From an uncultured archaeon (lineage in GTDB: Archaea; Asgardarchaeota; Lokiarchaeia; Sigyniarchaeales; SOKP01): DNA of 64,000 nt. Below, piece by piece: positions 48,876-57,908 of the stretch. The first letter of the stretch is position 1; every line of letters starts with the position of its first letter. The DNA is taken from positions 32,001 to 96,000 of the forward strand of contig CAZWEM010000002.1 of the NCBI GenBank assembly GCA_964632315.1. Direction: 5' to 3'. The translations under genes were made by a program, and so were the position numbers. The notes below the pieces were generated by a model. That model was not told where the DNA came from. It saw only the letters and a list, made by a program, of their open reading frames with translations, and did not search any database.

Positions 48876-50237
48876 TTGGAAGGAAAAATTCCAAAAGAAT
48901 TTGATGAAATTGATATGGAAAATCTGTCAAAGCCTAATGCTTTACCTGAAGACATTGATTATGAGAACCATATCATTGGTACTTATACCGCAATGCTCCA
49001 CAGAAAAATGGATGCATTCTATATGATGCAAGCGGTTTGTGTAGAGCAATCCACGGGAACATTTGTCCCTGTCCCAGCAGAAACTCCAGAAACAAGAAGA
49101 AAACATGTTGCTAAGGTTATCGGATGGTGGAGATTTCCTGATTTTGAATATGAAGGTGCTGAAGATTTTTTCGGTAGTCCAAAGATGTATCAGTACGTCG
49201 TACAAATTGCATATCCCTTGAATTTCAAACCACAATTCCCCATGTTATTCACTACAATCTATGGGAACATTTCAATGGGAGGACCTCTTAAATTAGTAGA
49301 TGTTAGATTTCCAAAAGCGTTCTTAAAAGATTTTAAAGGACCAAAATTTGGAGATGTGGGAATCCGAAAAATCTTGGGAGTAAAAGAGCGACCATTATTA
49401 AATAATATGATCAAACCTTGTGTTTATACAGATCCAAAAGTAGGGGCAGAATTAGCTTATAAAGCTGCTGTTGGAGGATGTGATGTTATAAAAGACGATG
49501 AGTTAATCGCTGACGTTGAATTTAACCCGATCACAGAGAGAGTTACGGCTTTTATGGAAGCATTAGATAAAGCGGATTCAGAAAAAGGTGAAAAAACTCT
49601 ATATACTGTAAACATAACGGATAGGGTAGACAGAATGTTTGAGCTAGCTGATATAGTTCAAGAACATGGTGCGAATGCAATAATGGTCAATCACATCTCA
49701 GTAGGATATTCTGCCTTACGAAAATTAGCGGAAGATCCTTCTGTAAAAGTACCAATTTTAGGGCACATGGATTTCGCTGGAACATTATATCAAGATCCTG
49801 TGAGTGGTGTTTCTAGTCCTTTAGTACTTGGTAAATTTGGGCGATTAGCAGGGTGTGATTTCATAGTTCACCCGGCTCCATACGGAAAGGCTCCAACTAC
49901 TGCAGATAGATTCAAAGAAACTGCTAGACAAATGGTGATGCCAATGCGAAATGCCCCACATATCAAGAGAACAATGCCAATGCCAAGTGGAGGTATTACA
50001 CAGAGTCTTGTTGAAAAATGTGTTGCTGATTTAGGGACTAACATAATGATTGGAAGTGGTGGAGCTATTCATGCTCATCCAGATGGACCTATTGCAGGAG
50101 CAAAATCATTTAGACAAGCAATTGACGCTGTAATGCAAGGAATTCCAGCTAGAGAATATGCAAAGGATCATAAAGAATTAGCAGTTGCCTTAGGTTTGTT
50201 CGGAGTTGGAAAGAAAACAGAATTTACTTCTGTCTAA
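48876..50237 (+). CDS. RuBisCO-like protein (form IV RLP)
   Basis: EQSTG, GNIS, GPKFG, IKP, IKDDE, PYGK, PSGG, GGAIHAHPDG. K177 and R295 equivalents are replaced by C and M. Confidence 0.9.
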   Translation: MEGKIPKEFDEIDMENLSKPNALPEDIDYENHIIGTYTAMLHRKMDAFYMMQAVCVEQSTGTFVPVPAETPETRRKHVAKVIGWWRFPDFEYEGAEDFFGSPKMYQYVVQIAYPLNFKPQFPMLFTTIYGNISMGGPLKLVDVRFPKAFLKDFKGPKFGDVGIRKILGVKERPLLNNMIKPCVYTDPKVGAELAYKAAVGGCDVIKDDELIADVEFNPITERVTAFMEALDKADSEKGEKTLYTVNITDRVDRMFELADIVQEHGANAIMVNHISVGYSALRKLAEDPSVKVPILGHMDFAGTLYQDPVSGVSSPLVLGKFGRLAGCDFIVHPAPYGKAPTTADRFKETARQMVMPMRNAPHIKRTMPMPSGGITQSLVEKCVADLGTNIMIGSGGAIHAHPDGPIAGAKSFRQAIDAVMQGIPAREYAKDHKELAVALGLFGVGKKTEFTSV

Positions 50238-50256
50238 ATATATTCCTTTTTTTAAT

Positions 50257-51243
50257 TTAATTTTTAATAAAATATTTTTCAAAAACTTCTTCTGCGTCTT
50301 CAAAATAGGTTTTTGATATGACTTTTAATAAAGGTTTGACATTATTGGGTAATAAATCTTTCACGATAGGGTTACCGTGGAGATCCAAGGTTCTAAGATT
50401 AGAAAGTTGGTTTATAAAATTCATCTCGCTAATATCTTTTATCTTATTGTTTGAAAGGTTCAAATATTCTAAGTTTTGTAAGTTCACTATATTGTTTACA
50501 TGCTCTATTTGATTATTGGAAAGATCGAGTTTTTTAAGATTTTTTAAATTAACTAAACCAATTACATCTGAAATATTTGAGATATTATTCTTCCAACCAA
50601 AAGGTAGTCCTTTAGGTTCTAATTCTAAATCTGAAAGATCTAATTCATTTACAGTTAAATTTTGTTTATCAATTTCATAATAAAAATTTGGATATATTCT
50701 TGAAAGATTTAATATGGTTAATAAATTTATTAAAATACTCGACAATTGTGCATGTGTTAAGTTTTGTAATCCAAATTTATTATCTAATCTTTTTATCATT
50801 GATATATATCGATTTAGATAATCTTCCTTGTTTTCATCAATAACATGTGATAATTTTGTAAGAATTAATTTTTTAGATTCTTCACTCGCTATTTTATCTA
50901 ATATTTTTATAATAGAAATTAACGTAAAATAGGATTTTTCGTACTTAATTCCCCAAGTCATCAATGGAAGTGCCTTTTTTGGAAAATTTTGACCTATTAG
51001 AACAATCGCTATATTTCGGATCTTCTCATTCAAATCAGTAACCATTATTCTTTCTAATAGCTCAAAATATTTGGATGAATGCATTCCAAGATTTGCTAAA
51101 GCAACCAGTGAGGAAACTCGTTCCTTTTCATCATCACAGTTATCCAAAATTAGAATTAAGAATTTAATTGCTTCAGCCCTTCTCAAATCTAACTGAAGGT
51201 ATTTATTAATAACTTGATCTACTTTTAAATATAACTTGGTCAT
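50257..51243 (-). CDS. HEAT-like N-terminus plus short leucine-rich repeat protein
   Basis: LLERIMVTDLNEKIR helix pair; LKKLDLSNNQI, LEYLNLSNNKI, LRTLDLHGNP. Confidence 0.88.
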   Translation of the reverse strand: MTKLYLKVDQVINKYLQLDLRRAEAIKFLILILDNCDDEKERVSSLVALANLGMHSSKYFELLERIMVTDLNEKIRNIAIVLIGQNFPKKALPLMTWGIKYEKSYFTLISIIKILDKIASEESKKLILTKLSHVIDENKEDYLNRYISMIKRLDNKFGLQNLTHAQLSSILINLLTILNLSRIYPNFYYEIDKQNLTVNELDLSDLELEPKGLPFGWKNNISNISDVIGLVNLKNLKKLDLSNNQIEHVNNIVNLQNLEYLNLSNNKIKDISEMNFINQLSNLRTLDLHGNPIVKDLLPNNVKPLLKVISKTYFEDAEEVFEKYFIKN

Positions 51244-52382
51244 TTGTATACTCTCTTCTTTAATAACATCTCTTTAAAGGTGGATTTTAAGCGGTTAAAA
51301 GGTTTTAAAGTGCCAGAAAAAGGGGAATCAACCACATGTTGGATATACTTATCAAATTCTTCTTCTAATAGACTTAATTTCTTCAAATTTCCTTCTGAGA
51401 GTATGTATAAAAAATATTCATTTGGATACTTTTTAAAAGTTAAAAATCTATAATTTTGAAATCCTAACTTCACCGCAATCCATCTTGGATAAGCACCTGT
51501 ATTCCCTAATGTATTGGCTGCAATTGCCTCGATCCTAGCAGTAAGAGCAGATTCCTTCATCTCTTTTTCCTCCTCGGGATCATCATATTCTCCGGGGGCT
51601 TCAAGTTCTAATTCGTCTCCAACTAATAGCGAGATTACACCAATTGACATGGATGATAAACCTAAATAATCTACTCTAATCTGATCTTCTACATAGGAAA
51701 AATCTTGATCAGAGACAACTTGATTATCTATCAAGTCCTTAAATTCTTTATTTATGTAATTAAGTCTTGCTTCAAACTTTCTATCGATCTCATGTTTTTC
51801 TAACTTATCTAAATTATTCACATCCTTTCCAACAATTAGTTCTTCATAAAATTTAGCCATTTGCTCCAAAAACCACTTTGCTTGCATATCTGGAAATGTA
51901 CCAAAAATTATATAAATAATATCATTTCTTACATAAAACTGGCATTTTTTTTCTCCTTCTTTTTCCGATATCAAGAGCATCTTGTCCAAGACTCCCCCTA
52001 GTATGCTTGTTGCTATGAAATCGAGATTATTTGTCAGTTCAAGTAAGTATTTCAAACCATTATTATTACAATATAATTGGGTGCGATCTTTTGATGTTAT
52101 CCCGACTAATTCAATTTTTTCATTGAGATTTACTCCTATATCCTTCTTTACTTGAATCTTATCCCCAAATTTATCCGAGACTGTGCTCTTTTTTTTTTCG
52201 AATTTCTTTGGAATTTTTCTACCATTAGAATCGGCATCTTCAGTTGAATAATTGAACTTAATTTCAGGAATGAATGTTCCACACTTTGGACAAAGCTGAT
52301 CTTTCGGGTACGGCCTAACGAGGATATAACCACAGTTTTTGCATTTAATATTTTCTTTTGGAACGGAAAAAAAATTCGGAAT
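51240..52382 (-). CDS. Zinc-ribbon plus probable tandem longin-like domain protein (non-canonical start)
   Basis: The frame is open from 52421 with no ATG/GTG/TTG before 52055. The extension encodes CKNCG...CPKCG. Start placed tentatively at ATT 52382 after GGGGT. Confidence 0.65.
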   Translation of the reverse strand: MPNFFSVPKENIKCKNCGYILVRPYPKDQLCPKCGTFIPEIKFNYSTEDADSNGRKIPKKFEKKKSTVSDKFGDKIQVKKDIGVNLNEKIELVGITSKDRTQLYCNNNGLKYLLELTNNLDFIATSILGGVLDKMLLISEKEGEKKCQFYVRNDIIYIIFGTFPDMQAKWFLEQMAKFYEELIVGKDVNNLDKLEKHEIDRKFEARLNYINKEFKDLIDNQVVSDQDFSYVEDQIRVDYLGLSSMSIGVISLLVGDELELEAPGEYDDPEEEKEMKESALTARIEAIAANTLGNTGAYPRWIAVKLGFQNYRFLTFKKYPNEYFLYILSEGNLKKLSLLEEEFDKYIQHVVDSPFSGTLKPFNRLKSTFKEMLLKKRVYK

Positions 52383-52446
52383 GATACTTAACCCCAGTAA
52401 TAATTGATATAAAAAAATATTCTATCTTGAATATATAAGAAATATG

Positions 52447-53538
52447 CTATAAATATTTCTTTGCAATTTCGTGAAAAGTAGATAAAAACTTATTATTTTC
52501 TTCCTCAGTGCTGATCGTGACGCGTAGGAAATTGTATAAATTGGGTTTACTAAAATGTCTCACCATAATCTTCAATTCTCGGAGATCCCATAAAAATTTT
52601 AAAGTAATTGATTGATCGTCAAATTTTATAAAAATGAAATTAGCATCTGATGGCATTACTCTGATTCCCTTGAATTTATTTAAATCCTCAGAAAGTCTAA
52701 TTCTTTCATTAATTATTTTTTGATTTTGTTCAAAGACCTTCTTTCGGTGCTTTATACAAGAGAGTGCTGCTTGCTGAGCTAAAGAACTAGTATTGTATGG
52801 TAATTTAACTTGGTTCATTTCCTTGGTGATTTTAGCATTTGATAACGCATAAGCTAAACTTAAACCAGCTAAAGAAAATGTCTTAGAAAGAGATCTGCAC
52901 ACAATTAAATTATCTATTTTCCGTAATAATGGTAAACATGTAGTTTCTGAGAAATCTCCATAGGTTTCATCAACAACAACAATTCCAGAGAATGCGTTGC
53001 ATAACCTTTCAATCACATCTGTTTGAAAGGATTTACCATTAGGATCATTAGGTGAATTAACAAACATTATCTTTCCTTGAACATTAAATGCACTGTCTGG
53101 AATAGAGAAATCTTCATTAAGTTTTATTTCTTTAACTTTTGCTCCATAAAGATTCGCTAATACTTTATACATTCCGTAACTTGGATAAAAAACGATTACT
53201 TCATCACCAGGGTCAATAAAAACTTTGGATATAATATCAAGAATCTCGTCTGCACTATTTCCAATAACTACAGTATTACGATCAGTTAGTGTTTCTTTGT
53301 CTCTTAATAATTGATTGAGGATAGCCTTTCTCACCTCAAGAGCAAGTGGATCTGGATATTTGTTAAGATTAGGAAAATCGTTTAAGGAATTTTTTAAATC
53401 CTCTATTATTTCAGTTAAAGGGGGATACGCATTTTCGTTCGTATCTAATCTTATCCAACTTTCATCATCTTGCTTTTCTATTGGTTCAAAAGCAGTATAT
53501 TTTTTAATCGAATCTCTGATAAGGTTTTCAAAATCCAT
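52447..53538 (-). CDS. hisC: Histidinol-phosphate aminotransferase
   Basis: LDTNEN, YPD, NSPNDPNG, VDETY, RSLSKTFSLAGL, NFIF, LRVTI. Confidence 0.88.
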   Translation of the reverse strand: MDFENLIRDSIKKYTAFEPIEKQDDESWIRLDTNENAYPPLTEIIEDLKNSLNDFPNLNKYPDPLALEVRKAILNQLLRDKETLTDRNTVVIGNSADEILDIISKVFIDPGDEVIVFYPSYGMYKVLANLYGAKVKEIKLNEDFSIPDSAFNVQGKIMFVNSPNDPNGKSFQTDVIERLCNAFSGIVVVDETYGDFSETTCLPLLRKIDNLIVCRSLSKTFSLAGLSLAYALSNAKITKEMNQVKLPYNTSSLAQQAALSCIKHRKKVFEQNQKIINERIRLSEDLNKFKGIRVMPSDANFIFIKFDDQSITLKFLWDLRELKIMVRHFSKPNLYNFLRVTISTEEENNKFLSTFHEIAKKYL

Positions 53539-53766
53539 ATAGTATTACCTATAAGATATTAATACTTAATTCTAAAACACTAAATATTTACTATTATATG
53601 TCTCAAATCTTCATAAATTTTTTCTTTATTTTCTTTGAATAGAAAGTAAATCTTTTATTTTCCCTTTTGAAAACTCAATTTTTAAATTTGTCAAAACTAT
53701 TTGAATAATATACTGTATTACACAATTTTTTGAAGAGTTGAGAAAGTTATTCCTTCGTACGCGCTA

Positions 53767-54645
53767 ATGTTTAACGTTTTAGAAGGTGGGGTTAGTGAAC
53801 CGATAAGTTGGGGTGAAGAAAATCTCACTAATGAGAGATCTATAATAATATTAGATGAATCAAATCAAGTGGTCTGGTTATGGCATGGAAGCATGCAAGG
53901 TTTAGTAGCGAGAAGAACTGCATTAAGGCAAGCCGAATCCCTCAAGGGACATGGCTACACTGTTGGTAAAAGCATAATTGGAAGAGATATCAAAAGTATT
54001 CGGGAAATTGATCAGAGGAAAATAGGCAGAGATCCGACAACAGATGAGCAATATGCTGAATTAGAAAAATTATTAAATAGCGATTGTAAAAAATTAGAAA
54101 ATTTTGTAGTTACATTCGACCTCATGGAAAAAGAGCCCACACCTGTAAAAGTGATTAGAGAAGAGCCCATTGTGAGTGAACCCATTAAAAAAGAAGAACC
54201 CATCAAGAAAGTAAAACCCATAAAGGTTGTAGAAACTGAACCAATAAAAGAACCCAGTTCTACTACTTCTAAGCCGGACATTAGGTCCGCTTCTGAATAT
54301 GATTTAAAACCAGTTATAGATCAAGATATTGAATCACCAGATGTTAAACTTCCAGCTATTGAACCCAAACCAGTCCCAAGTGCTCCAAAGTTAAACTTAG
54401 AATTAGAAGCTAAAATTGGTTTTGTTTTAGTTGGAATTATGGAGCATTATGACGATATATGGGTTTCTAAAAAGGGAGATGGTAGCTATTCTGTGGAAAT
54501 GATGGATGGACCAATATGTTCATTTAAAGTAACTGAAGGTTCAAAAATTTCATTTAGTTCAGATTCTTTTAAGGGTATTTCTACAAATGTGAAAACAGAA
54601 ATTCAAAAGAAATTTGTTGAACTTGGAAAGTTGATTGGAAAATGA
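53767..54645 (+). CDS. Gelsolin-like domain, Pro/Glu/Lys-rich linker and unknown C-terminal domain
   Basis: LTNERSIIILD....VWLWHG.....ARRTALRQA matches the gelsolin-repeat core. Confidence 0.7.
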   Translation: MFNVLEGGVSEPISWGEENLTNERSIIILDESNQVVWLWHGSMQGLVARRTALRQAESLKGHGYTVGKSIIGRDIKSIREIDQRKIGRDPTTDEQYAELEKLLNSDCKKLENFVVTFDLMEKEPTPVKVIREEPIVSEPIKKEEPIKKVKPIKVVETEPIKEPSSTTSKPDIRSASEYDLKPVIDQDIESPDVKLPAIEPKPVPSAPKLNLELEAKIGFVLVGIMEHYDDIWVSKKGDGSYSVEMMDGPICSFKVTEGSKISFSSDSFKGISTNVKTEIQKKFVELGKLIGK

Positions 54646-54752
54646 AGCATTAATAAGATAAGTGGAAAATACAATACAAAATTATTATAACTCTTTTTTT
54701 CTTATTCTTTTTTAATATCACATTAAAACCGAGAGGTTTCTTTGTATCGAAC

Positions 54753-56507
54753 ATGAAATTTAAAAAATTAGCAAGTCTATTTTTTAAACTCGAGAGTACG
54801 AGTAAAAGATTAGAAATGATTGATCACTTATCTAATTTCTTTCAAGAAATTAAGGATAGTAAGAATTATGAGGATGTGGATAAAATTGTTTATCTCCTTC
54901 AAGGTCAATTAGTTTCAAACATTAAACAAGCACCTAAAATTGGAATTGCTGAAAAAATGATCATTGAAGCATTGTCCGTTCATTCGGGTATCGAAGGAAC
55001 GAAGATTAAAGACATTTTACTAAAAAAAGGAGATATAGGAGTTACAGCAGAGATAATTCTATCAAAGAAAAAGAAGCAGAAATCACTTTTTGATTTTGAT
55101 AAAAATGTAGGCGATAAGGAAACATTAAATATTTCAGAAATATATCAAGCTTTAAAAAAGATAGCAGAAACTGAAGGAGTCGGCTCTCATGATTCTAAAT
55201 TAGGAATTTTGAGGAGTTTGATGACTCGTTGCTCACCACTGGAAACCAAATATTTACTAAGGATAATCACTTCAACACTTAGAGTAGGTGTTTCAACACT
55301 TACTATAATTGATGGATTGACTTTAGGTTTTACTGGAGATAAGAAAAATAGACCGATAATCGAATACGCATATAATATACATCCAGATTTAGGTGAGATT
55401 GCTCAAATGTTAGCAGAGAAAGGGATTGAATCCATAAAAGATGTTTCAATAGAATATGGAACACCTATTCGAAGCATGTTGGCCTCAAGAGTACCTTATA
55501 GTGAGATCTTAGAAAAGGTAGGAGTACCTTGTACAGCGGAGTATAAACTTGATGGAGAGAGACTCCAGATCCATAAGCAAGGCTCGAAAGTTCAGTTGTT
55601 TTCGAGATTGATGTTGGATATCTCTGAACAATATCCTGATGTTTGCGAAGCAATCAGAAAATGTATTAGAACAGAAAACGCAATCCTTGAAGGTGAGGTA
55701 GTCGCAATGGATGCGTTTTATGAAAAAATGCGTCCTTTTCAAGTATTAAGCAAAAGAAGAAGAAAATATGATGTAAAGGATATCTCAAAAGAAATTCCCG
55801 TATGCCTTTTCCTGTTTGATCTTTTAGTTTTAGAGCAAGATTCACTGATAGATAAACCTTTCCCGATTCGTAGAGAGGCTCTTGAGAAAATTGTCGATGA
55901 GCAAGATGAGATTAGATTAGTAAAATCCGTAATCATCCATAATACAGAAGAATTGATTGATTTCTTCAATGTTGCTAGGGAAAATGGTAATGAAGGAATA
56001 ATGGCAAAATCCATAAAAGAAAATTCGACTTATCAAGCAGGTAATAGAGGATTCCACTGGATTAAGTTGAAGGGTTTAGAAGGGGGTAAATTAAAAGATT
56101 CTATAGATGTAACATTAATTGGAGCATTTTATGGCAGAGGAAGAAGAAAAGGGGTTTATGGAACTTATATTGGTGCGGTATATGATCCTTTAAATGACAA
56201 ATTCGAAGCATTTACCAGAATTTCTTCGGGTTGGACGGATGAAATAATGGAAACCTTGAAGGATGAAATGAAAAAGCATGAAGTAGATAGAAAGCCATTT
56301 GAGGTTATTTGTGATGACAAACCAGATCAATGGTTAAATCCTGAATTCGTTATAGAGATCTTCGGAGATGAAATTACAAGAAGTGAAAAATTTTCTTCTC
56401 TAGGATATTCAATGAGATTTCCAGTATTTCACCGAATTCGAAGAGATAAAGGCCCTAAAGATTCTACTACTGTTGAAGAAATAGAACGCTTGTATGAAAC
56501 ACAATAA
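54753..56507 (+). CDS. lig: ATP-dependent DNA ligase
   Basis: EYKLDGERLQIH, ILEGE, FDLL, EGIMAK, WIKLK, MRFPVF.RIRRDK. Confidence 0.97.
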   Translation: MKFKKLASLFFKLESTSKRLEMIDHLSNFFQEIKDSKNYEDVDKIVYLLQGQLVSNIKQAPKIGIAEKMIIEALSVHSGIEGTKIKDILLKKGDIGVTAEIILSKKKKQKSLFDFDKNVGDKETLNISEIYQALKKIAETEGVGSHDSKLGILRSLMTRCSPLETKYLLRIITSTLRVGVSTLTIIDGLTLGFTGDKKNRPIIEYAYNIHPDLGEIAQMLAEKGIESIKDVSIEYGTPIRSMLASRVPYSEILEKVGVPCTAEYKLDGERLQIHKQGSKVQLFSRLMLDISEQYPDVCEAIRKCIRTENAILEGEVVAMDAFYEKMRPFQVLSKRRRKYDVKDISKEIPVCLFLFDLLVLEQDSLIDKPFPIRREALEKIVDEQDEIRLVKSVIIHNTEELIDFFNVARENGNEGIMAKSIKENSTYQAGNRGFHWIKLKGLEGGKLKDSIDVTLIGAFYGRGRRKGVYGTYIGAVYDPLNDKFEAFTRISSGWTDEIMETLKDEMKKHEVDRKPFEVICDDKPDQWLNPEFVIEIFGDEITRSEKFSSLGYSMRFPVFHRIRRDKGPKDSTTVEEIERLYETQ

Positions 56508-56511
56508 AATT

Positions 56512-57852
56512 TCATTCAATTATTTTAACATTCTTCTCTTTTAAAGTTTGAATATCGCCTATTGGTTCTTTAAAATTATTTTGCCCAACGTAAATCTCTT
56601 CTAAGAATTCGAGTTGAATAAGCTCTTTGGGAAAGCTTGTTAAATTATTCCTTGAAATATTTAAAATTTTTAAACCTTTTGGAAACTTAATATTCTCTGG
56701 AAACTTTTTTAAGTTGTTATCACTTAGATTCAAATATTTTAAAGAATGCATATTACTGAGATCGTCTGGAACTTGTTCTAAATCATTTCTTTCCAAATCT
56801 AAATATTCTAGTGAGGATAATTTTGTAAGAGAAATCGGTAGAGCCTTGAGTAAATTCCAACTTAGATTCAGATTTTCTAATTTAATTAAATTTACTATAG
56901 ATTCTGGGACCTTAGTTAGCTTATTATCATGTAGATTTAGAATTTTGAGATTTCCCAGGTTTCCTAAGCTCTCAGGTAAAAACTCTAAATTATTTAATCT
57001 TAAATTTAAAATTTCCAAATTATTAAGTTCAGAAATACTTTCTGGTAAGTAATTTAGTTCATTTTTCCATAAAGATAACTCTTTTAACCATTGTAAACCA
57101 CCTATTGTGGAAGGGATTTCATTAATATTGTTCACATTTAAATTTAAGACATCTAAAGAGTTTAACGAATCTATCCAACGGGGTATTTTAGTCAATTGGT
57201 TGTATTTTAAGATGAGCCTTTTAAGTCCCTGAAGATATTTCAAGGATTCAGGAAACACGGTTAATTCTTTAAAAGTGAAATCCAAAGAAACAATGTGACA
57301 CTCTTGAATTTTATATTTTAAGCGCCAGAATACTTTCTTTAAATAAATTAAAATTAAATAATTGATCATTATATCTTTGATTTTTGTGATGTTTTTCATC
57401 GATTGTTCTTCAATACAAACTTTAAAGTCAATATCTTGGACATTATTCTCCAAAAACCTTAGGTTAAGATGTACCGATTTAATAATATAATTTACGAGAG
57501 CCTCGATAATAATGGCTAAAGTAGCAGGAGAAATTTCATGATATAATGCCCATAACATCGGGTTGAATGTCCTTTCTTCGAAGTTACCACTCAGAAAACT
57601 AGCTGCTGCGCTTCTTATTGCTTCACTTGAATCAGAAATTAAAAGATTTTCAAATACTTGGAAAATAATATCCGATTTTGCACCAAAATTGATACCTTCT
57701 TTTCTGATTCTATTAATTATATCGATAGCTGAAATTCTTAAACTCACGGAAGTTCCACTTTCTATTAAAGTTGTTAGTTGATCTAACAAAGAATCTTTAT
57801 CTAAAGATTTATCGAGAAATTTATCTAAAAGATCTGCCGGTACTTTTTCCAT
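56512..57852 (-). CDS. HEAT-like N-terminus plus leucine-rich repeat protein
   Basis: FENLLISDSSEAIR followed by about ten 23-aa LxxLxLxxNxLxxLP repeats. Confidence 0.92.
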   Translation of the reverse strand: MEKVPADLLDKFLDKSLDKDSLLDQLTTLIESGTSVSLRISAIDIINRIRKEGINFGAKSDIIFQVFENLLISDSSEAIRSAAASFLSGNFEERTFNPMLWALYHEISPATLAIIIEALVNYIIKSVHLNLRFLENNVQDIDFKVCIEEQSMKNITKIKDIMINYLILIYLKKVFWRLKYKIQECHIVSLDFTFKELTVFPESLKYLQGLKRLILKYNQLTKIPRWIDSLNSLDVLNLNVNNINEIPSTIGGLQWLKELSLWKNELNYLPESISELNNLEILNLRLNNLEFLPESLGNLGNLKILNLHDNKLTKVPESIVNLIKLENLNLSWNLLKALPISLTKLSSLEYLDLERNDLEQVPDDLSNMHSLKYLNLSDNNLKKFPENIKFPKGLKILNISRNNLTSFPKELIQLEFLEEIYVGQNNFKEPIGDIQTLKEKNVKIIE

Positions 57853-57908
57853 ACTATTTTCAATTGGAGTTAATTGACAAATAGCTAAAATTACCAATAT
57901 ATTTGAAT

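Noticed and set aside
48876-50237. Carboxylating form III RuBisCO working with the AMP phosphorylase
   Set aside because: K177 and R295 equivalents are missing and the loop-6 region is RLP-like; no ribose-1,5-bisphosphate isomerase is seen in the window.
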